Assembly: GCA_011109175.1 (NCBI GenBank)
Contig: RDEW01000098.1
Location: 24,367 to 88,366 of the forward strand
DNA: 64,000 nt
Origin: Dicyema japonicum
Lineage: Eukaryota > Animalia > Dicyemida
Direction: 5' to 3'
A program made the position numbers and the translations under genes. Position 1 is the stretch's first letter. Each line of letters starts with the position of its first letter. The notes below the pieces were generated by a model. It made no database searches and was not told where the DNA came from. It saw only the letters and a list, made by a program, of their open reading frames with translations. Shown here piece by piece: positions 25,801 to 39,690 of the stretch.

Positions 25801-26317
25801 AAAAAGTTTCCCATTCAGTACGTACTCGTGAGCTAAGAGAGGATCATAGTCTCAATCTAAAGAACTGTTGGAACGTGTCAATTTATGCGTTTTAATAGTG
25901 GTGTTAGATAACTAAATAAAATAAAGGAAGACAAAAACATGCTTGGAATTAATTTGCACGGACACTTCTTTAATAGGAATTTGTTTAAGTCATCGTTGCA
26001 CGCAGGTTCCGCAGCGAACACTACTGAAGATTTGAAAAGACATGTTTATTTTTTATTTTGTTAACTCCGGGATCACCGCGAACGAAAGACAGAGTAAAGT
26101 CAACTAGTTAAGGGATCACAGATCCCGCAACCAAACTTGCCAATAAGCCTGTGCGTCTCCATTGTATCAAATATCGAACGAAATGCCTTCTTTGATCCTT
26201 GAAGAGGAAGCCGATTGGGGAAGGAAATTTCTTAGCTAACCGATTTTCTTTTGCGTGAACAGTAAGAAGTTTAGTCCCTGGATTGAGAAGTTTCTTGTGA
26301 CAGGCATCCAAGTATTA

Positions 26318-27385
26318 TTATTATAAACAACAGTCGTAAAATCATATTAGTTATAATTTTAATCGTGCAGCATTCAAAACTATCATCCAAACCAACTTCT
26401 TTTAACCTCTAGATCGTAAGAGAGTTTCCTCAACTCGTCCCCAATTCTTAGACGTTTGTCAAGTGTTTCAAGAAGTGTAATACGCAGGCGTCCACGAAGG
26501 CACGATCCCCTCTCACAAAGAAGTTTTCCATTGCTATGTTTGCTGGAGCGCCCATGTCTAAATAGTCTCCAGGATCGCCTTGACAAAAACTTCATACAGT
26601 CTCAAACGAAGTGATGTTCAGGATCGTCGTTTACCAATCCACTCTTTCTTCAACTTGTTCATCGTACCCTTCTGGCAATATCTTGACTGTCTCCAAGTGA
26701 AGAGCCAAGTTTGCTTGCTTTTCGCCACGTTTAACTTGATCTGCTTTCCATTCTCCTGATTTCCGCAATGTCAGTTATGCGGTGTTCATTCCAATGAACC
26801 ATCGGTTCAGCTCAGCAGGGGCCACCTCGAGGAGTCGAAGTAAGGCCGATTTGTCTTTGGCACAAAGTCGACGTCGTCCGCATAAGCAATTTAGATGATG
26901 TTGACATCATAGAACGTCCGAAAATCTCATAGCACCGCCTCCAGATATATGACAAATAGCAGGGACGAGAAAGAATCTCCATGGAGAGTACCAACATTGC
27001 ACGTAAATTCACTGGAAAACGTCTTACCAACGAGCACTCTGAGCTTTGTGTTAGAAGGCAACACTCTGATCATACTGACAGAATCAGGGTCCAATAATTG
27101 TTCCAGTATTGAGAAGTAGACCACGATGGACCATGTCAAAGGCCCTAGAGAATTCTATTACCAGGACTGTAGCTGCACTTTCAAATCTCTGGTTGATAGC
27201 GCAGCGCCACTTGTGGCTCCATACTACATCCGCAGTGGATCTTCCTGTCCTGAATCTACTGTGACTAGGGGATAGATATTTGTCCACTTGTTCTCTAATT
27301 CAGTTAAGCGTAACTAATGCCAGAAGTTTCCGTAGGGTGTTTAGCAGGATTATTGGACGTAGGTTTTCAACAGGCCCATGTCTGA
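26318..27385 (-). mobile_element. RTE-clade LINE RT fragment with (TAA)n tail
   Basis: RPIILLNTLRK, GRSTADVVWSH, SRAFD, HGDSFSSLLFVIYLEA; tail at about 26315-26328. Confidence 0.8.
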
Positions 27386-28944
27386 GTATGTCCGATGAAA
27401 AAAACATGTTATAACAACTTTTCTTTATTTAAATTTAAATAAAATAAATATTTAATAATAGATGAATAAATTTTAATAACCAATAATTCTCACGATCGCA
27501 GTTAGAATGAGAAAAGTCTACAACACTAAGAAAATGAACGAAAACTTGGTGTTGTCCCAGGTAGCTACTACCAAGCAAACCATTAATTAGTTGTTCTCTG
27601 AGGAAAAAAACTTGATCTGTTAGCTATGTAGGTACTTTTTATACAGGCAGGTAAACCAAATGAAAGTCTGGCATTCAAATCGCACTCAAATCCATCCAAA
27701 CCACAGATGTGGAGTTTTAAGAAGTTTAATGTAGCAGGGGAGAGTAAAATCTTTTTGTCTCATTTTGACACTATTTACACAGGTTTATAACATGACGCAA
27801 CGCTAATTGAAGGATTAAACAACTGGGAAAACTAAGAAAAGAACCATCGACAAATAATCTGATGTATTTGAAAAACGTATAATGATAACTGTCATGGCGG
27901 CACAGTGTAATTATTACTAGCTAGTAATTCTTGAATCCTTATTTTTTACTAAAAAAATCATTAAAGTTAATTATTACAAAAACTAAACAGTAATAGTTAT
28001 AAAAATCTTAAATCTTAGACTCTTATTGCGATATTGATCTCATTATTTAAACTCCTTATGACGAGGCTTTTTTAGAAAATCAATTTAGTCGAAAAAACAT
28101 TTAAACTAATTATAATCATAGTCATGCATTATCATCGTCACCAAGATTATTTCAGATATCAATAAAAAGTTCTGAAAATTAAAAATAATTACCGAGGAAA
28201 TGGTCTCCGTCGTGACGTCTCGCGTTATTGGTCCTAGCGAGTCTAAGTTCATCAGGTTATTCGGACAGCTTGGAGGCTGCGGAAGGGTGGCCTAGAAAGA
28301 CGCGATGGTTCTTGGGCTCGTAATCATGAAAGGTAACTCTTATCGTGTGTTCAATGTTGCAGGCCATAATGAGACCTTGTCATATATAAATCTCATTTAG
28401 CAAGGAATCTCTGCTCAGTAACCTTAAGCCATCTATAAACACTAGTAAAACACCCCTGCCATAAATGGAGACATCTAAATAGCAGTCACTGAGCATTTGA
28501 AGTCAATTATGTTTAACCAAATGCGACATATTGCCCACAAAATAGAAGCAACCGAGAAATTCAAGGTATACATCAAATAATCCTTAAGAAACCAGACAAA
28601 ATTTAAGAAATCCAAAAATCCGATAACTAAGCTATTTTTTCATCAAGAAGTGTGTATCGTCCCTCGGACTTTGATGACCAAAGATTTCTCATTTTCTGCA
28701 ACATTAAACCAAACAAACCATCAGCAAAGGTCGTCTCATAAACAAAATCACAAATATCACTGCAAGCATCACGACAAAAAATCCCAACACACGGTTCATA
28801 CTGAACTTAAATATATTATTAATCTTCTCTAGCAGTTCAGCATTCTCTACAATTAGCTAAATTTATGCCTTCCGATGATTTCACTCCGTCATTCTTAGGA
28901 TTATTCTGAGGATTCTCAACACCCTTCTCTTTATCTGACGAATC

Positions 28945-29325
28945 CTATTTTGGCTTCACTTCGACATTCTTCTGATTTCCTTTATGCGGTAAATTATACT
29001 TTGGGGGTTTTATCACATTTTGTTGTGCGTTGGGCTGATGATCACTGGGATTTTTGTTGTAATTCTCACTATTAGGAGGATTTTTGTTGGGATCTTTAAC
29101 TTCGACGACTTTATTTAGAGCACGTAGTATATTTTTATGATTATCATCATTCACATGATCATATGGATGGTACTTTGAGTTGTGCATGGGAGGGTACAAC
29201 TTCTTAGGGTCAGTCTTGTTATCGATAAGCGATTCCTCGTGATGGTTATTGCCCCTTTGCCGATTCAGATCAGACAACGGTCTCTTACTCGTTTTTTGCG
29301 GACGCTTATTATCAGGATTGGCCAT
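28945..29325 (-). CDS. Asn/Pro/Lys-rich hypothetical ORF
   Basis: 126-aa low-complexity ORF, no recognisable domain. Confidence 0.2.
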   Translation of the reverse strand: MANPDNKRPQKTSKRPLSDLNRQRGNNHHEESLIDNKTDPKKLYPPMHNSKYHPYDHVNDDNHKNILRALNKVVEVKDPNKNPPNSENYNKNPSDHQPNAQQNVIKPPKYNLPHKGNQKNVEVKPK

Positions 29326-29689
29326 TTCTTTATTATTACCATGTGTCGAAATTCTGATTTAGGTTAAGCTCACTTGAGTAAGTTTAAGATTGCTACCGGA
29401 TTTTGTCCAGGATTTGAGACTCATATGACAAATGACTTGGATGCTCCTCAGAACTACCGTAAGTTAATAGAAACCCTTATTGATCATTAAATAGTCCTTA
29501 CCGACAAGTGGCACCAACATTATCATTGAATGATGTCAAATATTTGCATAATTATTTATTATTTTATTGTAAATTATATTAATATTTAATTATTATATTA
29601 CTTAAAATATTTAAACGTCAACACATTGTAATTTTAACTATTATTATAATATTTTTTGCCTATAAATAATATTACAGACTCTTCTGAAC

Positions 29690-30500
29690 AGAATCTGACA
29701 ATCTTCCATCCACTTTGCCCATTATGCCTTCTCGACTACCAGAATACGGGCCACTTTCCACTTTCGAAGCGCAATGGGTAACTCTTACTTCATGTGACTG
29801 GAAAACGTCGAATCTCACTCCAAGGATCTTCTGGATTCGCTTAGAAGGAATGGGAATGTTTTCGAAAATACCTCTAGTCCACCATTGAATCTCTTGACAA
29901 AATATGATAAACTAAGACTTGGATGCAGACACAGAAAGCAAATTCACAGGTAGCCAATCACAAACCCATTTGAGGTGTGGCTGAACTACCGCCACAGCCC
30001 TGGAAGGAGATTTGGCCTCCGCACCAATAATCAGGTCGTCCGCGTATGATAAAAACATAGTGTCCTGATTTTTGATAGTAGGTAAATCATGTAGAAATAA
30101 GTTAAATAGGAAGAGACAGAGTGGAATCTTGTGGGACCCCATTAGGGAGTAGTCTTGATTTTGAATTAATTTATCCAATCCGGATTCTTCCACGTCAGCC
30201 AGTTAAGAAATTTTTCAGCCATAGCATGATGTTCGGATGTAAACTTGAATTAAATATTTTTTTCAGGAGTGTCATCGAAACAGAGTCAAGGCTTTCTGTA
30301 TATCTATAGACACCTGAGCCGTCTGTATGTTCAGCTTAATTTTAAAGCCGTCTGTGATGAACTGGGAGACAGATCCCAAATGAGTTGTTGTCGAACGACC
30401 TGCTATAAAGACATGTTGAAAATCAGGTAATTGTAGAACACGCGCTAAAAATAATAATTTATTTTTAAGGACGCTGCAAAGTTTTAGGGCGAATAATTTT
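29690..30500 (-). mobile_element. Jockey/I LINE RT fragment
   Basis: GRSTTTHL...IDIQKA, GVPQ, FLSYADDLII. Confidence 0.7.
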
Positions 30501-30914
30501 TTATGTATACCTAAAAAATAATTAATTTTCAGATTATCAATATATTTCATTATGTTAATTAGTTTAATAACTGAGTTATAGAAAAGATTGTCTCAGCTAA
30601 GTGATCCAAGGTAGGTATCCTATTTTTCACTTCATTTGGAATGTACTCAGGTCATATTTTTGGGAGTTTTCAAGGTATCTGTGAAAGAGTAAATAGAGAG
30701 AAATATTTTAAGGGTCATCACCTTAAGGAATATCAGTTGTCACTCGAACAAAGTGTTTTGAGAAGATCATCCTTTTCTGTGTGATTTTCGAATTAATCGG
30801 ATTTTAAAAGCAATAATGTTAAAAAATTAATTTATATTTTAAACCATGCCAAGCTATAAAAAATCAAACAACTATTATTTCAAACTGGGAAACGAGTAAA
30901 TTAATATAACAATT

Positions 30915-32144
30915 TTAAAGGAATGGAATATTTTCCATTGGCTCTATTAAATTTCTTCGACGTTTGATATAGAGAACCCAAGTGACCCCAATAATTGTAA
31001 GTATAACTACGGTGATTATAATTCCCATATTTTGATAATTATTTGAATGATTAGACTTATTATTCCTATAATTATTTTATAATTTTGTGAAAGACTGAAC
31101 GTATTTTTCTTGTAGATTTCTGTGAAAAATTTGGGACAATCTTTAAGATAAAATTATTTTTTTTAAAACACCCAGACTCTAAAATTCAGCACAATTTAAA
31201 CTATTTCCAATAAAACAAAATTCAAATCATCCCGAAAAATCTGAGCATTAAATGATGAAAATCTAATGTGAAATTTCTCAAGAAAATCAATAAAAAATAA
31301 TTCACAGTGAAAATAACTTCCAACATTGACATATTTCCGATTTTGAAAATACCATGACCCAATATACGTGTTACTAAATTTAAAGCCAATTTCCGAAATA
31401 TAATATTTATTTTGTATCAAATTAAAGATTAAAAAAATTTCATTCGTTAAATTTTTTAGATGCAACTTAATTCCATCATTTTCTAAATAAATTTTTGGAA
31501 TTTGAGTGCTTTGTAAAAAACTATGCGATATTGTCTATAATTGAGTATCGTGTTTTACTTTTTTATCATTATAAACATCGATTTCAGTAATCTCACTTAA
31601 TATAGCCTTGAGTCGATTTCCATTCATAAAATACCAAATTGGAGTATTTGGATCGTTAGATGGATTACAGTCATTAGCTAAATTAAATTATATTCAACCT
31701 CTTCCATCAAAATGCGAATAAGGTTTTTTAGTTTTATATTGTATTATCAAAGAATATATTTTAAGTGAATAGTATTTTTCCAAACTGATGGAAGTATCTC
31801 CACATCTGTAATATTCTCCATGTTTTATATTACTGATGTTTATTGAATTTGTATAGGTTTTATTGTCTTTAACGGTTAATTATTAAATTACTATATTTTA
31901 ACTCAATTTTTATTGTTATGTTATAGAATTCCTTTGAATATTGAATGAACGATTTGAGAATAAAATTATATTTTTCATATTTGTAGTTCAATTTTTCATT
32001 GAGACTTTTAGCAGATTCGATTCTGAATACTTCACTTATTCCCTATCATAGTTACTTATAAAATACATTTCTATTTACATCTGTCAAAAAACCATATCCA
32101 GAAAATAAAATATTAGCTTCAAAGGTCAAAAATATTAACAACAT
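30915..32144 (-). CDS. LAMP-like type I membrane glycoprotein, paralog 1 (five micro-introns of 24, 25, 21, 24 and 23 nt; 1-2 homopolymer frameshifts near the 3' end)
   Basis: Signal peptide, YYRCG...NDC, GSYFHC...SGC, TM helix and KRRR...MENIPFL tail. Same intron positions as paralog 3. Confidence 0.7.
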
Positions 32145-32944
32145 AAAAATATTGAATGAACACGTCATATTAATAATTATGTCAATTACAGTGTTAATTA
32201 TTTAATATATTAATTTTGATAATAAAATTAAATTTATTTATTTTAAAAATTTCAATACTTATTTTTTTAAGAAAGAATCATTTAATTAATCAACTTGCAT
32301 TTTGGAGAAACACCAAACGTCCCTCCAATCATGTATCCCTTACGGAACTCAACCTAGGCTTTCTCAAAATCGCTAAGTCTTTTTACCATCCCCTCGGGCC
32401 AGACATCAAGCTATATCTGAGATACGTAAGAAACCTTCCTCTATAATAGAGTCTATATAGAGAGTAATCCATGACTCAAAACTAACCGCAGGAGAAGCCT
32501 GGTATAGTCACCAAGATCACCCGACGATGACTCTTTTCCTCTTGTGATTCCAAATTTAATAAAATGAAATTAAGATTCAATTAACGTTTTTGAAAAATTG
32601 CAGCAATTTACCTTTTATTTTTTTAAACTGTCTCAGCTACAACACCCAGAAACACAAGGCGTTGCAAGAGCCAATTGTACTTCTTTCCTTTGGCCTTATT
32701 GTAATAATTAAATGAATCATTAATATGACTAGTTAGCCAATTGGTTAATTGGTCGGTAGGTTGAGATGGTTGCATATCTGTATTTTACGAATTTCTTATA
32801 AAAGGAGGATCCGTTAAGTTTCGGAGACATCAAGACATCTAAGTGTGTCCAGAAATCTAGGATTTATTTATTAGTAAAAGATTTATAATTATATCATCTT
32901 GTATTTAAACAAAGATCTCAAATAAAAACATTTTATTATTTGAC

Positions 32945-33250
32945 TTTTTTACATATTATACAAAAAATGAAGAAACACCATGCAATGCCGCCATGGAAGA
33001 ATTTTCGGCCACACTCAATTTTCTATATTCAGAGGATGTCCAAGAAGTTTTCTTCCCAAGACACTTGCGGAAGATTATACAATGATCGGGGTCCGATTGA
33101 TAGGTGTAGAAGATCTGGACGGAATCAGGAGGCAAGCACGACGACGAAAGGGATAGAGAAAGGTGACGGAAAAAATAGTCGAAAACATGGAACAAGCAAA
33201 ACCATAAACACTGTTTATTGGTAACGCGGATGTGCATTGACTAATCAACC
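32945..33250 (+). mobile_element. RTE 3' fragment
   Basis: Homologous to the reverse complement of 6365-6650. Confidence 0.7.
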
Positions 33251-34004
33251 AATTATTATGTTACCAGTATTTGCTAGGACACGGATTATATGGAGTTATT
33301 TATTTATTGTTATTAAATAATTAAAAAACTTAATTTAAGGAGGTTGAATGGCTATGGTGTTTGCTCTGACGATAGCTATAGAATACGCTGTCGAAACTGA
33401 TCCTTAGAGTCCATTAGCCGATCGTTCGCTTTTGGACTGAAAATTCCTGATGTCTATTAATTAACTCCAGGCTTACAATATTTTCTGTACAAGTCCATCG
33501 CAAACAGTCACAATTAATAAATTTAAGGAAGAAACCAAAGGGAGAACATCTGCTTGTGCCGTCCAAATCCATCTACCAATAGTCCATTACAGGCCTCGCT
33601 TCGAAGAGAGGTTCGCCCTCTTCGATTTTTATCAGACGGCCAACCGTCGCTTAAATCACTTCATTTTTGGGCGGAAGAGTTTCCATACTGTAAACTTCAT
33701 CAGTGGATTTATCTAAGAGAAAGGGAAATCCCTTTCAACTACTGTGTCGTGCAAGAAGGAGTATTCGCCTCATGGGTGTAATCTGTATGACTAGAATTGA
33801 CCTTCGATAAAGAGTTCATCCTTCGGATTCGGATCAATGACTAAAAATCCAATGTCATCAGACTTTATGTTCAACGAGAAGGCTCATTTGATTATTACAA
33901 TTATTTGTTATATATTAATACTTTTTGTTTGCAGTGAAAATAAATTTAATTGTATAATAAAAAAATAACTTACTGTCACTGAAAAACTAGTGACATTATA
34001 TAGG

Positions 34005-34310
34005 GCATGTACCAAGAATGAACCCGGACGCACCCGCTAACAAAGCGATGGAAGATTACTTTGACAGTTGCGAAAAACCATTCCGCGGACGACCTAGATC
34101 GACACTTCCGACTGCCTTAAACAAAAACTTAAATCGTGTGAGAAAAAATCTAAGGACGGGGGACGACCTGGACGAATTGAGATCACTCGCATTTGACAGA
34201 GGAAGATGGAAAAGACTAACTATAAATATTGTTACTTTGAGTGTTGCACATGCGGGACTACAATCATTATGGCTTTCGTGAAAGTGCCTTAATAATAATA
34301 ATAATTAAAT
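34005..34310 (+). mobile_element. RTE 3' fragment with (TAA)n tail
   Basis: PANKAME...FRGRPRSTLP...LRSLAFDRGRWKRL; ends GTGCCTTAATAATAAT. Confidence 0.8.
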
Positions 34311-35027
34311 ATGGATCCAAACGCTGTAAATTTATCATCAATAAAGCTAATGTCCCGTGGCGCCATGTGGTGCTACGTGGATAGTTGTATTTTCTTTCCT
34401 TCCGATGGCGTCACTGGATCCACCTTACTGAGGAGGCGCCCATGCCTGACCGGCATCAAGAGGATACAACAATTCTTCCCCGGAGACAACGTCGTTTCTT
34501 GGTGACAAGTTCTAGAATGCTAGAACGAGTCATGAGTTAGTTAGTTTGGTTACCCTTGTCTTTGGGAATAATTTTAATTTTTTAATGTCGAGTGCTAAAA
34601 TTTTGAATTTAAATGTTGGATAACTAGCTTCCCAATGACTTCAAGTTAATTAGAGGATTTCGAAAACAATTTTGTAATATTTTTAATAATGTTAATATTT
34701 TTTCAAAGCATTTCGGAGTTATATTTTCATTTCATGTTATGTTGAGAATTATTTCAAACACTCATAAACATTCCTTTGGGTATAAGAGAAAGAATCTGTA
34801 AATTATAAAAGGCCAATTCTGGAGGGTCACACTTGAGTTAATAATAACCACATTAATCACTCTATAATAACCCACATTAAATTCAGTATCACTTAGAATA
34901 AGATTGCAGGCTTAGAACTGAATTATAATCCATATAATGAATTCTAGTAAAATGAATATTAACAATATTAAAAGTTACTACAATTAAAAAAGTTATCTAT
35001 CTTATGCGCTCCTTCGAAGACATAATA

Positions 35028-35605
35028 CACTCAATCCCATAAATGATGACCCAATTCCCGTAAATGATGTCCAAGTTATATATATAAATAATACACGAGT
35101 AAATCTATATTTTAATTTCCCCTATTATGGTATCAACTAATACAGATATGAGAAGTCGCAAGGTTTTTATGAACGAAAGTCTATTTAATCAGATTAAAAG
35201 ACTTTACAAAGTTAAAACAAAAGAAGAGTTGATTGAGATCACCTCGATCAGTAAAAAGAGTTTGAACAGGTGTATACAAAAGATCGAAAGCTGTGAACTC
35301 GAGGATCCTACTTTCACTGATTTTTACAAGACAGTAGGACGAAATAAGAAAGATAAAGAAATGTTAAGTGCTGAAATGAGATCTATTTTTGGAAAAGACA
35401 ACTCGCTGACACAAGTTGGTCTTCAAGAAAACTTTCAGTGAATCTTTCTCAGTCTCAAATTTCAAGAGATTTAAAGGAGGCCTGCATCACAAGAAAAAGA
35501 CTCAAGAAAAGGTCCGAAGTTAGATTGAGTACAGAAAACTTGGCAGAAAGGGGAGTATTTGGTCATCATTTATGGGAATTGGGTCAACATTTATGGGATT
35601 GAGTG
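35028..35605 (+). mobile_element. Internally deleted Tc1/IS630-like transposon
   Basis: ~45-bp TIRs CACTCAATCCCATAAATG... flanked by TA on both sides. N-terminal transposase with SQSQISRDLKEACITRKRLKK. Confidence 0.8.
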
Positions 35606-37236
35606 TAATACAGTCAACCCCTGCTCCAATAGAAAACGTTCCAAATACAGAGTGGGAGTTGGTAAGCCACTCTTTTAATACAGGGGGATTTATTTAAATT
35701 CTTATTAATGAAAAGGCAAGTTTCATCACAATTAATAATATCTGTTGTGGCAATGTATTTAAATAAATATTGGAAACTGAATCAAAGACTGTAATAATAA
35801 ATAATAATGATATTCGCAACAAGAGAGTTAATCAATTGAGGTCGCTTGTGGCGCACCTCAGAAAATCTTTGCCGTCAGACCTCGACTTTCATCTTGATTT
35901 TTCTGAGGTCGTTTAAGTCATCAAGAATTTCCAGTCGCATTTTGCATTTTTAGGTCGTTATTTAAGGTCAGAAGAGTGTTGTCTGTGGTCTGCCCGAAAA
36001 AATACTGATGATTATTTTACTCATTATCAAGTATTCAAAAATCTAATTATATTGGGAGTCATTTTATAGGTTTTTCTTTGAGTTAACTTCATCCCGGTCT
36101 TTACAGATTTTTAATAAATTTGCAGACTTGATGAATTTTTTAGACCTCTTAGGGGTCTTTGTTATTTCTATTGATAAGAAAATGATGCTACGGCTACGTA
36201 CTTGGTAAATCAAAACTATGGAAAATATTGATCATTACCATTTAAAAATAAAAATAATAGAATAAAACAAATTTTGAGTGTAATTAAAGTTGAAAAATCA
36301 AAAAAATGACCTCCTTTCTTGAGAGTTGTATCAAATCTACAGGGCGAAATTGAAAGTTATATTATTCTATTGTGTTCTTTTCAAGGGAATTGTGAGGAAT
36401 TAAAAATTTTATGATTTTCAAAATATCTTTGAATGAATAATTATAGAGTTATTAGAATATATGTTGTCATTCGCACAGAACGTGATTTGGCTCGAAAGGA
36501 AACTACCTTGAAGATACACGTGGGGTTATGTCAATTACGATGTAAAAATCGGTTAATATAGACTGTATCCCAGAAAGTGTAGTACATGCCTTCGATGAAA
36601 TTGTTTCTGAATACAAATCGACTTAAGTGAGTAAGAGGCAAGTAAAATAAATACCTGAAAAGCAGTCTCTTTCTTCTCATCTAATGATTTCGCCCAACTA
36701 ACGACGATTGATGCTGTCAAGTCAGCCAAGTAATCAAAAACTGCAGACAAGCGGACTGTTACAGCTGAGTTCTTATCAAAACAAATTAATTTTCAGATTA
36801 TCAATATATTTCATTATGTTAGGTAGTTTAATTAATGACAACTGAGTCAAAATATAGATAGTCTCAGCTTTTAAAAAAATAAAGATGAGTTAAAAGAAAA
36901 AAGTGATCCAATGTGAGGCAATATCAGTTAGGACGGGCATCTTATAATATTTTTCATATTGAATGTAATCAGGTAATGTTTTTGAGAGTTTCATGTGTCT
37001 TTAAAGGATTAAATATAGAGAGTAATTGAAATTGCTCACCACCCTAGGGAATATAAGTTGTCATTCGAACATAAGTGGTTTAAGAGGATCATCCTTTTCT
37101 GTGTGATATTCGAATTAATTGATTTTAGAAGCAATAATGTTAAAAAATTAATTTTAATTTAAAACCATGCCAATCTATAAAAAAATCAAACAACTATTAT
37201 TTCAAACTGGGAAACGAGTAAATTAATATAACAATT

Positions 37237-38431
37237 TTAAAGCAATGGAAAATTTTCCATTGGTTCTAATAAATTTCTTCGACGTTTGATATAAAGAACC
37301 CAAGTGACCCCAATAATTGTAAGTATAACTAGGGTGATTGTAATTCCCATAATTTTATAAATTCTTAAATGATTAGAGTTATTATTTTGTGAAAGAGTAA
37401 AACATATTCTTTCTTCTAGCTGTTTCATTTTCAAAACACCCAGAATCTAAATTTACGATAATTCAAACTATTTCCGATGAAATTGAAATTCATATCATAT
37501 CTAAAAAATTGAGCCCTTAATGATGAAAAAATCGCTCGAAGTTTGGGTAGATTTATATGCAATAATTTACAGTTAAAGTAATTTCCTACGTTGACATAAT
37601 TCGGATTATTAGGATACCATGTCCAATTATTTTCGCTTTTGAATGTAAAAATAATTTCCGAAATATAATATTTATTTTGTTTTAATTTAAAAATAAAAAA
37701 TATTTCAAATTTGTTTTGATTTAGATGAATTTTAATTCTATCGTTTTCATAATCAATTTTTGTAGTTTGACATTCTCTTAAAACACATTTATATCCAGAC
37801 TATATCAAATTTTAAATTTTACAGTTTACTAATGACAATATAGATTTCAATATTCCCACTTAAAATAGCCAAGAGTCGTTTTCCATTCATAAAATACCAA
37901 ATTGGAATATTCTGATCGTTAGATGGATTACAGTCATTAGCTAGATTAAATTGTATTCAAACCTCTTCCATCTATATTTGCATAAAGAGGACCAGCTCTA
38001 TATTGTATTATCAAAGAATATATTGTGACAGAATAGTCATTTCCCAAACTGATTTTAGTATCTCCACATCTGTAATATTCTCCATTTTTGATTTCTGTTA
38101 TGTTTTTTGTATTTGTGTAGGTTTTATTATCTTGATGGTTAAAAATTAAATTACTAGAGTTTAATTTAATTTTCATTGTTATGTTATAGAATTCCTTTGA
38201 AGGTTGAATGATCAGTTCGATAGTTAAATTGTGTTTCTTGATTTCATACTTCAATTTATTATTGTAAGTATCATAATTGATTCTGAATACATCAATTATT
38301 ATCTATTTTTGTGAATTATAAAATACATTCTTATGGATATTTGTCAAAAAACAATCTCCATACCATTTCATACTATGTAGATCAATCCTAGATGCAATTT
38401 TGGTGATCAATGACAAAAATATTAACAACAT
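37237..38431 (-). CDS. LAMP-like glycoprotein, paralog 2 (micro-introns of 24, 24, 22, ~23 and 22 nt; at least one 1-nt frameshift)
   Basis: MLLIFLSLITKIAS signal, YYRCGD...NDC, GNYFNC...SGC, TM helix, tail KRRRNLLEPMENFPLL. Confidence 0.7.
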
Positions 38432-38559
38432 AAAAATGTTAATGAACACGTCAATGATTATAATTAGGTCACTACCTATGTAGATAATTTAATAAAAATC
38501 AATTTTTTATTTATTTTAAATATTTCTACATTTATTTATAAAGCAATGCGCATTTTTAT

Positions 38560-39170
38560 TCATCAAGATACTTTTAAAATACGGCAAAGCATGTCATGTT
38601 AATTTTATTGACACATGACCTCCAAAATTCGATTCTCCTTTTTAAGGCCATTACTTTATCGTTCAAAATAAAACAATTTGTTATTCTCCTTTTAGCGTTA
38701 ATGTAAATTTATTCAGTTTTTCATAATTTGAAACCAAATATGCAATTCTCTGTAACCAAAGATTGTTTTCAATTTTTTGTAAATTGAAAAATTTAGTTTC
38801 TTAAGAAACACAACAAGCTCGTTTCGTAATTCGAAAAAACGTTGCAATTCCCTTCCAAGAGGCTACTATTTTACTTCTGTATTGATGAACCTTTCCACAA
38901 CGTGGTAAAAGATAACTTTCCTGTTTAATTAAAATAATTCAATACTTCATAAAATGCTTTGACATTTTTAATTGCACCTTGTAAATACATTCAATTTGTT
39001 TTGACAAAAGAAAATGCCTTTATCCTTTAGATGAGGATGCTTCATCAATAAATGTCTTGTTAGTTTGGCAGGAGCAAAAGATGTGTTCGGTGGCATACTA
39101 CACATTTTGCTGTATGCGTTAAATCAGATCAGTTCTGAAAAAACACACATGAGAGGTAGCTTTCAACAAA
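38560..39170 (-). mobile_element. hAT (Buster/Charlie-like) transposase remnant
   Basis: NTEVK**PLGRELQRFFELRNELVVFL corresponds to the EVRWLSRG..L.RF motif. 39065-39160 is homologous to 60310-60430. Confidence 0.6.
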
Positions 39171-39619
39171 TTTTTTTTTATAAAATTATAATTATAAAAA
39201 ACCTTTTGTTTGAAAATTTTATAGAATCTTTTATGCAATTATTGTTTCTCATTAAAAGTCTATAAAATTGACTAACTAACTCAAAGTTAGAGGTTTAATT
39301 TACGAAGATACGAGATTAAAATGGCACATGGATTGGAGTTTGATTTTTAATATAACAGCATGCAATGAGAGTGGAACAATAACAATAGATTTGTGGTACG
39401 TTACACATGACCACATGTGATGTACATAAACCGAACATACGGAATCTGATTATAACCCTGTTAGTTACCTTTAAGATTTTCTAAGGAGATATTTTTCCGG
39501 GCTTTGAAGCAAAAAACATTTTACTGAATTATTTTTTTGGAAAGTCTGTAAGTCGCTTTCTTATTTTGCATCAAAATTCTTATTCGTGCAGCTTATAAAA
39601 AATCCTCAAAGTTTTTTAA

Positions 39620-39690
39620 TTCCAAGCAGTGCGGGATTCGAACCCAGATTCTTCGTACACACAACGCTTCCTTAGTTCACAACCTAGGTT
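39620..39690 (-). other. tRNA-like B-box remnant (possible SINE head)
   Basis: GGGTTCGAATCCC on the minus strand; no complete cloverleaf. Confidence 0.2.

Noticed and set aside
36553-36750. LADLTASIVVSWAKSL resembling a nuclear-receptor ligand-binding helix
   Set aside because: The downstream PxF..L...DQ motif is absent and no consistent exon chain could be built.
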